A program made the translations under genes and the position numbers. A stretch of DNA of 64,000 bases from Gemmatimonadota bacterium (GTDB taxonomy: Bacteria; Gemmatimonadota; Gemmatimonadetes; Longimicrobiales; Gaopeijiaceae): assembly GCA_022822425.1 (NCBI GenBank), contig JAJEBS010000004.1, positions 5,501 to 69,500 of the forward strand, written 5' to 3'. How positions within the stretch are numbered: the first letter of the stretch is position 1; every line of letters begins with the position of its first letter. Shown here one piece after another: positions 26,628 to 36,015 of the stretch. The notes below the pieces were generated by a model. The model did no database searches and was not told the DNA's origin. It saw nothing but the letters and a program-made list of their open reading frames with translations.

Positions 26628-26990
26628 CTAGCCGGCGACAGCGTCCGAATCGGGGAAGTACCGCGCCTTCATCGCCTGGAAGCGGCGGGCGGCCTTTGCG
26701 TCCAGCTCTTCGTCCAGATACCGGTCCAGCAAGGGAACCAGGTGTTCCCGGAGGAAGGATCCGCGGGCCATCCATTGGTAGTACTGCCGCCCGCCGTGCC
26801 GGTAGGGACCGTACAGCTTTCCCCCGGGGAAGTGCTCCATGATCCAGTCGAAGAGCGCCTTGTGGTCGGTGTGCATGCGGAGCGTGACGTGCGGCTGCCG
26901 CCCATCTCCACCGAAATGTCCCTCTCCAACGAGGACCCCCACCAGAAACCCGATGTCGAACTCCCGAGATGCGTCTTGTTTCACCGTCAT
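26628..26990 (-). CDS. small LAGLIDADG-like homing-endonuclease-fold protein (single motif)
   Basis: FDIGFLVGVLVGEGHFGGDG matches the LAGLIDADG helix plus acidic residue pattern. The downstream beta/alpha pattern (HVTLRMHTDHKALFDWIMEHFPGGKLYG...WMARGSFLREHLVPLLDRYL) resembles I-CreI-size enzymes. Its ATG overlaps the mnmG stop (ATGA). Confidence 0.55.
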   Translation of the reverse strand: MTVKQDASREFDIGFLVGVLVGEGHFGGDGRQPHVTLRMHTDHKALFDWIMEHFPGGKLYGPYRHGGRQYYQWMARGSFLREHLVPLLDRYLDEELDAKAARRFQAMKARYFPDSDAVAG

Positions 26991-27051
26991 GTTTCCCGTG
27001 AAACACGGTCCGTTCTACGACGTTGTTTCACCGTCATGTTTCCCGTGAAAC
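26976..27051. repeat. perfect 29-bp direct repeat (26976-27004 and 27023-27051)
   Basis: ttgtttcaccgtcatgtttcccgtgaaac occurs twice, 47 bp apart. The core is pseudo-palindromic (GTTTCAC-N13-GTGAAAC). Copy 1 carries the LAGLIDADG ORF start; copy 2 encodes FTGNMTVKQ near the mnmG C-terminus. Confidence 0.9.
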
Positions 27052-28930
27052 GTTCTGAAGCGACGCTCTTCTGCTTCCGGATCTCCATGACGAGGTTCTG
27101 GAGATCTGCCGGCGAGACACCCGAGACCCTCGAAGCCTGCGCCAGGGTGGCCGGTCGTACCTGATCGAGTTTCTCGCGGGCCTCGTGCGACAGCGTCACC
27201 AGGCCTTCGTAGACGATGTCCTGCGGAATGCGGAATGCCGCGCGCGCCCGAAGCGCGGCCGCTCGATCCCGCTCGCGCTGCACATATCCGGTGTACTTCA
27301 GGTCGACCTCGACAGCCAGCAGAGCCTCCTCCCAACCATCTTCAACAAACGACGCGTTGGCTGCCCGAATCAGCGCATCCGACCTCACCTCCGGTCTTCT
27401 CAATAACTCCACCGCTCGTGCGGGAGTGCGCAATGGACTCGATCCCGCTTCCGCCAACGCGTCGTTCACCTGCTCCGGCTCCAGCCGCGTCGACCGAAAC
27501 CACTCGATCAGACGCCGTTCCGTTTCCAGGCGCTCCTCAAGCACCCGGGTCTGGCCGGATGATAACAGGCCCTTTTCCCGCGCCACCGGTCCCAGGCGCG
27601 AGAGCGCGTTGTCCTGGCGGAGCAGCAGCCGGAATTCGGCACGCGAGGTGAAGAGTCGATAGGGTTCATCCACCCCCTTGGTGACCAGGTCGTCGATCAG
27701 CACACCAATGTACGCCTGGTCGCGCTCCAGAATGAAGGGCGCCTCCCCCAGGGTGGCCAGACCGGCGTTTGCACCGGCCACCAACCCCTGCACGGCGGCT
27801 TCTTCGAAGCCCGTCGTGACGTTGATCTGCCCGGCAAAGAAGAGTCCCTCTACCGACTTCACCTCCAGCGTGTGCCGCAGCTGATGCGGAAGGAAGTAGT
27901 CATACTCGATCGCGTACCCGCTACGGGTCATGCGCACCCGCTCCAAACCCGGCACGCTCCGCAGGAACCGGAGCTGCACTTCCGGAGGCAGGGAGGTCGA
28001 CAACCCGTTCACATAGAGTTCGGTCGTATCCAGCCCCTCAGGCTCCAGAAACACCTGGTGTCCGCGTGCATCCGGAAAGCGGACGATCTTGTCTTCGATT
28101 GACGGACAGTACCGTGGCCCCCGGCCCGCGATGGCCCCGCCAAACCGTGCGCTCCGCTCGAGGTTTTCCTGCACGATGTCCCTGAGTTCCTGCCCCGTCC
28201 ACGTAATCCAGCAGGGACGCTCGCCCGGAAACTCCTCGCGGACGAACGCCGAGAAGCGAACCCCCCCGGGTTCCGACGGTTGCTCCTCCAGCTTCCGGTA
28301 GTCCACGGACCGGCCATCGATGCGGGGCGGCGTACCCGTCTTGAAACGCGCCACTTCCAACTCGCGACCCTCGAGCGCACAGGCCAGCTCGACCGAGGCC
28401 TCCTCTCCGGCGCGCCCCCCCTCCACCCCGGCTCCCAGGCCGACATGGATACGGCCGCGAAGGAATGTCCCTGTCGTGATCACCACGGCCGGGGCCCTGA
28501 ACTCGAGTCCCGTGCGCGTCCGCACACCGGCGATCCGGTCGCCCCGGAGCACGAGATCGGAAACCATGTCCTGAAAGAGATCCAGCGTCGAAAGCTCTTC
28601 CAGCACTCGTCGCACCGCCAGCGAGTACAGGGTCCGATCGCACTGCGCGCGCGGACCCCACACGGCCGGACCCTTGGAGCGGTTGAGCATACGAAAGTGA
28701 ATGCGCGCCGCGTCCGTGGCCCGTCCCATGACCCCCCCGAGCGCGTCGACCTCACGCGCAACGACGCCCTTCGCAATGCCTCCGATCGCAGGATTGCAGC
28801 TCATCTGTCCGATGCGCGCCAGGTCCGGGGTGATCAGCAGGACCCGGGTTCCGAGGCGCGCGGCGGCCGCCGCCGCCTCCGCCCCGGCGTGGCCTCCGCC
28901 AACCACGATCACGTCGTACGTTCTATCCAC
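26987..28930 (-). CDS. mnmG: tRNA uridine-5-carboxymethylaminomethyl(34) synthesis enzyme MnmG (GidA)
   Basis: MDRTYDVIVVGGGHAGAEAAAAAARLG FAD motif. Full-length similarity pattern of GidA (MSCNPAIGGIAKG, TGTPPRI, GPRYCPSIEDK, GQINGTTGYEEAA-like). Confidence 0.92.
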   Translation of the reverse strand: MDRTYDVIVVGGGHAGAEAAAAAARLGTRVLLITPDLARIGQMSCNPAIGGIAKGVVAREVDALGGVMGRATDAARIHFRMLNRSKGPAVWGPRAQCDRTLYSLAVRRVLEELSTLDLFQDMVSDLVLRGDRIAGVRTRTGLEFRAPAVVITTGTFLRGRIHVGLGAGVEGGRAGEEASVELACALEGRELEVARFKTGTPPRIDGRSVDYRKLEEQPSEPGGVRFSAFVREEFPGERPCWITWTGQELRDIVQENLERSARFGGAIAGRGPRYCPSIEDKIVRFPDARGHQVFLEPEGLDTTELYVNGLSTSLPPEVQLRFLRSVPGLERVRMTRSGYAIEYDYFLPHQLRHTLEVKSVEGLFFAGQINVTTGFEEAAVQGLVAGANAGLATLGEAPFILERDQAYIGVLIDDLVTKGVDEPYRLFTSRAEFRLLLRQDNALSRLGPVAREKGLLSSGQTRVLEERLETERRLIEWFRSTRLEPEQVNDALAEAGSSPLRTPARAVELLRRPEVRSDALIRAANASFVEDGWEEALLAVEVDLKYTGYVQRERDRAAALRARAAFRIPQDIVYEGLVTLSHEAREKLDQVRPATLAQASRVSGVSPADLQNLVMEIRKQKSVASERFTGNMTVKQRRRTDRVSRET

Positions 28931-28980
28931 GATCTGCCATCCGCGCTTCCCGTCTCATCAGCCGGCGCTGCCTGCGAAAC

Positions 28981-29015
28981 ACTATAACATCAACGTCAAA
29001 AACAACTTGCATACC
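28981..29015 (-). promoter_or_regulatory. candidate extended -10 promoter for mnmG
   Basis: Minus strand TGTTATAGT (TGn-TATAGT) within the AT-rich stretch gcaagttgtttttgacgttgatgttatagt, about 50 nt upstream of the mnmG ATG. Confidence 0.3.
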
Positions 29016-29067
29016 TTGGGTCGAGCCCACGCATCCCTCTCTCGCGGCACCCCCCGGCCACAGGCAC

Positions 29068-30429
29068 CTACTTGCCGATGCAGAAGTCCCGGAACACCCG
29101 GTCGAGCACCTCGTCCAGGGTTACGATTCCAAGGATTTCTTCCAGGGCCGTCTCCGCCGGCCTCAGATGGGTTGCAGCCACTTCAGCCGGAATCCCCTTC
29201 GCCAGAGCGCGCTCAAACGCATGCAGCTCCTCTACCGCTCGTGCGAGCGCGCGTCGGTGCCGCCTGCGGGTCACGATCGGCGCGTCTGCGTTCGCCTGGA
29301 CCAGGCCTCCGAAGACCATCCCCGGAAGGACTCTGGCCAACTCCTCCAGTCCCTCCCCCGTGATCACGGAGGTGGCGATCCGGCGAGGCAGCCCCCCGTC
29401 GTCATCCGCGGTGCCGTTGCCCCGCCGGGCCAGATCGGCCTTGGTTTCCAGAACCAGCAACGGGCAATCGCGTTCCCCCAGAAAACCGAGATCGGCTTCC
29501 GGCACCCCTTCGCCTCTCTCCGCGCAGAACAGCACCAGGTCCGCCTGCGCCAGATAGCGGCGGGCAACCTCGATCCCCAGTGCCTCGACGCGCTCCCCGG
29601 TGTCCCGGAGCCCGGCGGTGTCCACAAGCCGAAATGGATAGCCACTCAAGGACACGGTTGCCTCAAGCGCGTCTCTCGTCGTCCCTGGCACTTCGGTCAC
29701 GATCGCACGTTCGTATCCCACTAACGCATTGAAAATACTTGACTTACCTGAATTGGGGCGCCCGGCCAGAACGGTCAATGCGCCCTCTCTGAGCAGCTCC
29801 CCTTCGGGTGCCGTGGCCAGTACGCCCGCCAACCGGAGACGCACCTCCCGCGCCTCCCGGGCCACCGACTCGAGGCTGGTGGGGGGCTCGTCCTCATCCG
29901 GAAAATCCAGATGGTGGACGAGCAGTGCCTCGAGCCTGACCAGGGACGCGCGCGCCGAGCTCATTCTGGCCGACAACCCACGCTCCATCTGATGCACGGC
30001 CACCCGGTGCAGCGCCCGGCTGCGCCCGCCCACCAGATCGCACACGGCTTCCGCCTGAAGCAGGTCCATCTTCCCGTTCAGATACGCCCGCCGGGTGAAT
30101 TCTCCGGGTTCGGCCATGCGGGCGCCCGCTTCGAGCGCGTGCTCCACGAGGAGGCGCGGGATGAGATATCCGCCGTGACAGGAGATCTCCACCATGTCCT
30201 CTCCGGTGTAGCTGGCGGGCGCCGGATAGCTGGTGACGATTCCCCGGTCCAGAAGCTCTCCGGTCTCCGGGTCGTGCAGTCCCGCCAGCACCGCCCGGCG
30301 GGCATCGGGGTCACGCAGATCCGGCGCGAGCGCGCATCGGATGGAAAAGGCGCCCGGTCCCGAAATCCGCACCACCGCGAGGGCCCCCGGCCCCGGCGGG
30401 GTCGCCGCTGCCACGATGGTGTCGGTCAA
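29068..30429 (-). CDS. mnmE: tRNA modification GTPase MnmE (TrmE)
   Basis: TDTIVAAATPPGPGALAVVRISG, G-domain GRPNSGKSSIFNAL / DTAGLR, C-terminal CIGK. TTG start at 30429 is preceded by GGGGAG. The long 5' extension overlapping yidC was trimmed. Confidence 0.88.
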   Translation of the reverse strand: MTDTIVAAATPPGPGALAVVRISGPGAFSIRCALAPDLRDPDARRAVLAGLHDPETGELLDRGIVTSYPAPASYTGEDMVEISCHGGYLIPRLLVEHALEAGARMAEPGEFTRRAYLNGKMDLLQAEAVCDLVGGRSRALHRVAVHQMERGLSARMSSARASLVRLEALLVHHLDFPDEDEPPTSLESVAREAREVRLRLAGVLATAPEGELLREGALTVLAGRPNSGKSSIFNALVGYERAIVTEVPGTTRDALEATVSLSGYPFRLVDTAGLRDTGERVEALGIEVARRYLAQADLVLFCAERGEGVPEADLGFLGERDCPLLVLETKADLARRGNGTADDDGGLPRRIATSVITGEGLEELARVLPGMVFGGLVQANADAPIVTRRRHRRALARAVEELHAFERALAKGIPAEVAATHLRPAETALEEILGIVTLDEVLDRVFRDFCIGK

Positions 30430-30479
30430 TCTTGCTCCCCTGTTCCCGCCGGACCACTCTGGTCGGCCGTCTTCCAGGC

Positions 30480-32153
30480 CTAGGAGGGTGCCTTGTTTCT
30501 CGCCTTCTGCCGCTCCCTGGCGATCCAGTACTGCTGCGGCAACGTGGCGATGTTGGCCGTCGCATAGTAGAGGTTCAGCCCCGATGCCAACTGGAAGAAG
30601 ATGAAGACCATGAAGATCGGCATGAACCACAGCATCATCTTCATCTGGGGGTTCACCTGCTCCATCGTACGCATGCTCACCCACTGCAGCAGGAACATGG
30701 ATACGCCCAGGAAGACAGGAAGCAGATACAGCGGATCCGGGGCGGAGAGATCCGGGAGCCAGAGGAAGGAGACGCCGCGAAGCTCGATGGTGTTCTGGAA
30801 GACGAAGAAGAGCGTGATGAGCACCGGGAATGGGATGAGCATGGGAACGCATCCGGCCAGCGGATTGAAACCATGCTCCTTGTACAGTCTCATCATCTCC
30901 TTCTGCTGCCGCTCCGGATCGTTCTTGTACTTGGCCTGGATCTCCTTGACCATGGGCGCGACGGCGGTGTTCCTCAACTGCGCGCGCATGGCCTTCTGGT
31001 TCAGCGGAAAGAGCACGACGCGCATCATGACCCCGAACAGGATCAACACCCATCCATAGCCCCAGCCCAACTGGTTGTGCAGGTAGATGAGGATCGTGGT
31101 GATGATCGCCGCGAACGGCTGGATGACGGGCCGCAGCCACCTCCAGCCGACCGGGTTCACATCCTCCAGGTCGCCGCCGATCGCCCTCAGCCGGGTGAAG
31201 TCCTGCGGCCCCAGGTAGACCCGGTAGGCGAATGAATCGTCGGGCAGAAGACTCTGCGCGGCGGTTACCGATACCCGCGGCTCCTCGCCGCCGTACAGAT
31301 CGACCGGGCGCCTCGCGAACACTCCGCCCAGGAAGCGCTCCGCCTCCCGGTCTTCGCCGGCCAGCAGCGCCGCCAGAAAGTACTTGCTCTTGAGCGCCAC
31401 CCACAGCAGCGGGCCGTCCTCGACCCGATCCTCCTCGAAATTCCTGAGCGGCCGCTGCCGGATCCCGTCCTGGGTATGGTTGACCACGTAGCCCAGCGCC
31501 TGCTCGTCATCCGAGGGGCGCGCTTCGTTGAACGCCAGTCCCTGACCCAGGTCCGTGAGCAGCAGACCCCGGTCGACCCCGAGAACGCGCCCGCGGACGT
31601 CGATCAGATACGAGGCGGGGTCGAAACGGTATCGGATTTCGAAACCGTACATCCCGTCGGGACTTCGGAAGGTGAAGCTCAGCTCCTGCGGGTCACCTCC
31701 CTCCACCAGCGCAAGTCCTTCCGCCGGAGACACTTCGAACGGCACTGCGGAGAAATCGAGGGTGTCTCCGGCGACCGCGACCCGGTTGCCGAGTGCGCCC
31801 GGCCCGTTGCGCAGGAGAAGCTGTACGGGGCCGTCATCCGCGAACGACGTGAATCCCGGCAGCATCGCGGAATGCAACTGTGCCCCGTAGTTGCTGAACT
31901 CGAACTCGTAGAGCGGTCCCCGGACGCGGATCCGGCGCTCCGGTACTTCGGGGGGATCCGGCTCGGCCGCGGTCGCAATCCCGCTGCTCGGCGTGACCGC
32001 GGATTCCGCCGGCTCCCCGGCCCTGGGCTCGCTTTCCACCGCTGCGGGCACCGGCGCCTCCGGGGCCGGGGGAGGCGGGAAAAGGAGGTTGGTTCCGAAC
32101 AGGACGCCGATCATCAGGAGGATGGCGAGGACGAAGCGAAGTTCCGGCCTCAT
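30480..32153 (-). CDS. yidC: membrane protein insertase YidC
   Basis: N-terminal TM, large periplasmic domain, then the conserved C-terminal core ([29 protein letters not shown]...[30 protein letters not shown]). ATGA overlap with the yidD stop. Confidence 0.9.
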   Translation of the reverse strand: MRPELRFVLAILLMIGVLFGTNLLFPPPPAPEAPVPAAVESEPRAGEPAESAVTPSSGIATAAEPDPPEVPERRIRVRGPLYEFEFSNYGAQLHSAMLPGFTSFADDGPVQLLLRNGPGALGNRVAVAGDTLDFSAVPFEVSPAEGLALVEGGDPQELSFTFRSPDGMYGFEIRYRFDPASYLIDVRGRVLGVDRGLLLTDLGQGLAFNEARPSDDEQALGYVVNHTQDGIRQRPLRNFEEDRVEDGPLLWVALKSKYFLAALLAGEDREAERFLGGVFARRPVDLYGGEEPRVSVTAAQSLLPDDSFAYRVYLGPQDFTRLRAIGGDLEDVNPVGWRWLRPVIQPFAAIITTILIYLHNQLGWGYGWVLILFGVMMRVVLFPLNQKAMRAQLRNTAVAPMVKEIQAKYKNDPERQQKEMMRLYKEHGFNPLAGCVPMLIPFPVLITLFFVFQNTIELRGVSFLWLPDLSAPDPLYLLPVFLGVSMFLLQWVSMRTMEQVNPQMKMMLWFMPIFMVFIFFQLASGLNLYYATANIATLPQQYWIARERQKARNKAPS

Positions 32154-32362
32154 CGCGCGTGTCCTCGAGGCACCGGATCGAATCCCTTCCCGCCCAGGGG
32201 ATGGCACCGGCAGAGCCGCCGCAACGTCAGCCAGCAGCCGCGCAGGGTCCCGTGCCGCTCGAGCGCTTCCAGTGCGTAGGCCGAACAACTGGGCACGAAG
32301 CGACAGGCAGGCGGCGTCAATGGAGAGATGGCCGCGCGATAGAAGCGAATGCCGCTCAGCAA
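32150..32362 (-). CDS. yidD: membrane protein insertion efficiency factor YidD
   Basis: [33 protein letters not shown]...[21 protein letters not shown] start. Confidence 0.88.
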   Translation of the reverse strand: MLSGIRFYRAAISPLTPPACRFVPSCSAYALEALERHGTLRGCWLTLRRLCRCHPLGGKGFDPVPRGHAR

Positions 32363-32367
32363 GAACT

Positions 32368-32697
32368 TCAGAGTAGCTCCTCGGTCAGCTTCACCAGTTG
32401 ATTCCTGAGCTGCTGGAACGACACCTGGTACGCCTCCCGTCTGGCCCTGACCAGGAAGTCCAGATCCCGAGGGTGGGTGTCAAGCCGCGGCAGCACTTCG
32501 AGTCGTCCGATCTCACGCAGCCGGCGCCGCAACCGGTTGCGATGCACGATCGTGTGTCCGTGCTTGGGTACGATCACCCCGAAGCGTGCACACGAAGTGG
32601 CGGAAGCCGCGAGGAAGACGTCGAGTTCGGACGTCCTCCTTCGCTTCCCCCGCCTCAACAAACCCCGGATCTCGCCGGAGCGCCGAATTCGTCTCAA
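32368..32697 (-). CDS. rnpA: ribonuclease P protein component
   Basis: [29 protein letters not shown]...[25 protein letters not shown]. Start inferred as TTG 32697 (no ATG in frame after rpmH), so it is uncertain. Confidence 0.75.
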   Translation of the reverse strand: MRRIRRSGEIRGLLRRGKRRRTSELDVFLAASATSCARFGVIVPKHGHTIVHRNRLRRRLREIGRLEVLPRLDTHPRDLDFLVRARREAYQVSFQQLRNQLVKLTEELL

Positions 32698-32750
32698 AGG
32701 AGGAAAGCATACTTCGGTTGGGGGGCCCGGCTCGGCGGCGGCTGCGCCGT

Positions 32751-32900
32751 CTACTTCGAGCCGACCTCCACTACCAGCCTGTGGCGCCCCTTCCTCCGCC
32801 GCCTTGACAGCGTCTTGCGGCCTGCCCGAGTGCTCATTCGGGCGCGGAATCCGTGGGTGTTCTTTCTCTTTCGATTCCGTGGTCTGTATGTCGGTTTCAT
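32751..32900 (-). CDS. rpmH: 50S ribosomal protein L34
   Basis: Not in the ORF track (49 aa). Translation by hand gives [49 protein letters not shown]. Confidence 0.9.
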   Translation of the reverse strand: MKPTYRPRNRKRKNTHGFRARMSTRAGRKTLSRRRRKGRHRLVVEVGSK

Positions 32901-33077
32901 GAGAAACGTTCGTGAAAGGAACCACCCGCCTCCAGTCGAGTGAGTCGTACCAACCGCCAGGCGAACGCGGGACGGGCGAGGAACCTACCGGGAATCCGCG
33001 CGGCCCGTCAACCCCGGCGCACCCTGCCCTCCGGGCTGGACCGTAGCCGTCCGGAGACGCAGGCCCGCTTGCCGCAA

Positions 33078-33106
33078 TTGACTTTTCCACACTCCCGGGG
33101 TACCGT
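33078..33106 (+). promoter_or_regulatory. candidate dnaA promoter with overlapping DnaA box
   Basis: TTGACT (33078-83) - 17 nt - TACCGT (33101-06). The DnaA-box-like TTTTCCACA (33083-33091) sits in the spacer, about 75 nt upstream of the dnaA ATG. Confidence 0.4.
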
Positions 33107-33179
33107 TGCACCCTTCGCTGCCCCGGGGGCTTTCCGCACGGGCCCCCGTCTCGACTCGTCTCCCTCATTTCCGTCCTCG

Positions 33180-34568
33180 ATGGAACTCTCTGCCTCCGAG
33201 ATCTGGGCTCACGCCCTGGCGGCCGCGCGGGCCTACCTTCCGGAACAGAGTTTCGAGACCTGGCTTGCCGGAACCGAGGCGGTCGGCTTCTCCGACGACG
33301 AGTTGCTGGTCGAGGCCCCGAGCCAGTTCCATGTAGAGTGGATCGAGGACAAGTACGGCGCGCTTCTCGGCAGAAGCATCGAGCAGCGGCTGGGACGACC
33401 CCTGTCGATAGCCTACCGGTCGTCGGCCTCACTCGCCGCGCCTGCGGCCTTCGCCCTGGCCGCGGATGAGCCTGCCTACTCCTCGCCCCCGTATCGGTCC
33501 AACGTCTCCGAGTCAAAGCCGATGGTCCCCGCCGCCAAGCTGAACGAACGCTACACCTTCGACCGCTTCGTCGTGGGCAACAACAACCAGCTTGCGGTCG
33601 CCGCCTGCCGCGCCGTCGCCGAGAAACCGGCCCGCATGTACAACCCCCTCTTCGTCTACGGAGGGGTTGGGCTGGGAAAGACCCATCTCATGCATGCGAT
33701 CGGCAACTACCTGCAACAGCACGCTCCGCAGACGCACATCGCATACCTTCCCACCGAGCAATTCACCAACGAGCTGGTCACATCCATCCAGGAGGGCGCG
33801 ACGCCCGGTTTCCGCCGGCGCTATCGGCATATCGACCTCCTGCTCGTCGACGACATCCACTTCCTCGAGGGCAAGGAACGCACACAGGAAGAGTTTTTTC
33901 ACACCTTCAACGCCCTGTACGACGCCCAGAAGCAGATTGTTCTCACCAGCGACCGCGCGCCCAGCAGCCTGTCCGGGCTCGAAGAACGACTGGTGTCGAG
34001 GTTCGCGTGGGGTCTGGTGGCCGACATCAAGCCCCCGGACTACGAAACCCGCATCGCGATCGTCCGCAAGAAGTCCGCCGCCGACGGACTCTTTCTGGAA
34101 GACGATGTGATCGACCTCGTGGCCCGTTCCTGTACCTCCTCCGTCCGCGAGATGGAAGGCGCGATCATCAAGTTGCTCGCCTTCTCGTCCCTGACGAATC
34201 AGGAAATCACGCTTGCGCTCGCGCACGAGGCGCTGCAGGAATCGCGAATCCCAACCCTCGCTCCGTCCCCGCCCACATCGATAACCGACATCCTGAATGC
34301 CACCGCGGCGGCCTGGGGAGTGGAACCCGCCGGCCTCGTCTCGAAGCGGCGTACCCGGGACGTCACCGTGCCCCGCCAGGTCGCCATGTTCCTGATCAAG
34401 GAGATTCTCGACCTGCCCCTTACCAGGATCGGCGCGGCCTTCGGGGGACGGGATCATTCCACCGTGATCCACTCGATCAGAAAGGTGGATCGGGATCTGC
34501 AGACGGACGACGAGTTCGCCGGCCGCGTCTCCCGCCTGCGGGACCAGATTCTCGCGGGAGGGGCCTGA
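33180..34568 (+). CDS. dnaA: chromosomal replication initiator protein DnaA
   Basis: FDRFVVGNNNQLAVAA, Walker A GGVGLGKTHLMHAIG, LLVDDIHFLEGKERTQEEFFHTFNAL, and the C-terminal DNA-binding motif AFGGRDHSTVIHSIRKV. The ORF's 5' extension from 32940 was trimmed to MELSASEIW. Confidence 0.93.
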   Translation: MELSASEIWAHALAAARAYLPEQSFETWLAGTEAVGFSDDELLVEAPSQFHVEWIEDKYGALLGRSIEQRLGRPLSIAYRSSASLAAPAAFALAADEPAYSSPPYRSNVSESKPMVPAAKLNERYTFDRFVVGNNNQLAVAACRAVAEKPARMYNPLFVYGGVGLGKTHLMHAIGNYLQQHAPQTHIAYLPTEQFTNELVTSIQEGATPGFRRRYRHIDLLLVDDIHFLEGKERTQEEFFHTFNALYDAQKQIVLTSDRAPSSLSGLEERLVSRFAWGLVADIKPPDYETRIAIVRKKSAADGLFLEDDVIDLVARSCTSSVREMEGAIIKLLAFSSLTNQEITLALAHEALQESRIPTLAPSPPTSITDILNATAAAWGVEPAGLVSKRRTRDVTVPRQVAMFLIKEILDLPLTRIGAAFGGRDHSTVIHSIRKVDRDLQTDDEFAGRVSRLRDQILAGGA

Positions 34569-34637
34569 AACACATGTTGAAACAAATGGGGAGAACCGGG
34601 GAAACCTCGTGGTTTGCTCCGCCCCCTGAGCCCCCGC

Positions 34638-34822
34638 TGTGGATTCATGGAAAACCGGATGCTGTTTTGCGTCCGCAATCCACGGCATCCCTCCATTCCC
34701 GAGACCGTTGGGGAGAACCAGGTTACCGGACGGAGACGAGGCGTTATCTACAACTCCACAGCCTCTACTACTACTACTTTCCTATGATACAAGGGTAGAA
34801 CCCGAACTTCTTCCGTGGATTC
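34638..34822. promoter_or_regulatory. candidate oriC (dnaA-dnaN intergenic DnaA-box cluster with lower-GC segment)
   Basis: TGTGGATTC (34638-46), CAATCCACG (34676-84), TTATCTACA (34744-52), AACTCCACA (34753-61), CGTGGATTC (34814-22). Lower-GC stretch ctactactactactttcctatgatacaagggtagaa at 34766-34800. Gene orientation switches from minus to plus at 32.9-33.2 kb. Confidence 0.45.
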
Positions 34823-34862
34823 CCTCACGAACCGCAACTCCATCTCCCAGGATCCGAACCAG

Positions 34863-35978
34863 ATGAAACTTGCCCTGACTCGGCAGAACCTGTACCAGGG
34901 ACTCACGGCAGTCTCCCAATCCGTTCCAGCCCGAACCACGCTGCCGGTTCTCTCCAACATTCTCTTCGATGCAACCGAAGAGGGCCTCTGGATCACGGCC
35001 ACCGACCTGGATGTCACCGTTCGGACCCGCGTAGCCGCGGAGGTTCAGGAGACAGGTTCGTTGACGGTCCCGGGCAAGAAAATCCAGGAGATCGTGCGGG
35101 CACTTCCCGACCGCCCGGTGCTGTTGGGCACTCTGGGCAGCCAGATGGAGCTGGTGTGCGGCAAGAGCCGCTTCAAGCTCAACGGTCTGCCCGCGGACGA
35201 TTTTCCGTCGTCGCCCCACCTGGACTTCGATCAGGCATGGACCACCTCCGGGGCCGATCTCCTGTCGCTCATCCGCAACACGTCGTTCGCGGTATCGAGC
35301 GAGGAGAGTCGGCCGATCCTGAGCGGAGTGCTCTGGGAGCTGCGCGGCAGCGAGATGCGCATGGTGGCGACCAACGGCCACAGGCTTGCGAGGATGGCGG
35401 TGAAGACGGAGTCGTCCGGGCCGGCGGCCTCGAACCTCATCGTTCCCCCCTCGGCACTGAGGCTGGTGCAGAGGCTCTTCGGCGAGGGGGATGAACTCGA
35501 GTTGGGCCGCGATGGCAATTTTCTCGGCTTCCGTTCGGGGCCGACCGAGGTCTACACCCGGCTGATCGACGGCACCTACCCGAACTACAAGCAGGTAATC
35601 CCCAGGGACAACGACAAGTTTGCGGTGGTCGACAAGAACAGCCTGCTTGGCGCCGTCAAGCGGATGGACGTTGTCGCGAGTGACCAGACGCACCGCATCA
35701 AGCTCAGTTTTTCCGGTAGCCGGATGAACCTGAGCGTGAGTACTCCCGACCTGGGCGAGGGCTACGATGAGGTGGACCTCGGATACGAGGGCGACGACCT
35801 GGATATCGGGTTCAACGCCAGCTATCTGATCGAGGTGCTTCAGCACATGCCCACGGATGACGTGCGGCTGGCGTTCAAGGCGCCGGAACGTGCGGCGACC
35901 GTCGAGCCGGTGCCCGCGGAGGACGCGGACGCCATCGACTACCTCTGCCTGGTGATGCCCCTCCGACTGCTCGACTGA
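34863..35978 (+). CDS. dnaN: DNA polymerase III beta sliding clamp
   Basis: MKLALTRQNLYQGLTAVSQSVPARTTLPVLSNILFDATEEGLWITATDLDV...; three-domain length; ends LVMPLRLLD. Confidence 0.92.
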   Translation: MKLALTRQNLYQGLTAVSQSVPARTTLPVLSNILFDATEEGLWITATDLDVTVRTRVAAEVQETGSLTVPGKKIQEIVRALPDRPVLLGTLGSQMELVCGKSRFKLNGLPADDFPSSPHLDFDQAWTTSGADLLSLIRNTSFAVSSEESRPILSGVLWELRGSEMRMVATNGHRLARMAVKTESSGPAASNLIVPPSALRLVQRLFGEGDELELGRDGNFLGFRSGPTEVYTRLIDGTYPNYKQVIPRDNDKFAVVDKNSLLGAVKRMDVVASDQTHRIKLSFSGSRMNLSVSTPDLGEGYDEVDLGYEGDDLDIGFNASYLIEVLQHMPTDDVRLAFKAPERAATVEPVPAEDADAIDYLCLVMPLRLLD

Positions 35979-36015
35979 CCCGTTCGGCGATGGGCCGAAG
36001 TCGGGGTCGATAGGG

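Noticed and set aside
29068-33516. Long 5' extensions of ORFs 29068..31404, 30480..32288 and 32368..33516. The same applies to 48913..50799, 43144..45486, 58271..59584, 58915..62079, 16803..17939, 17785..19014 and 24509..25852.
   Set aside because: The extensions overlap upstream genes or antisense genes and lack homology-like sequence. Internal starts with SD sequences or stop-start overlaps fit the conserved N-termini.
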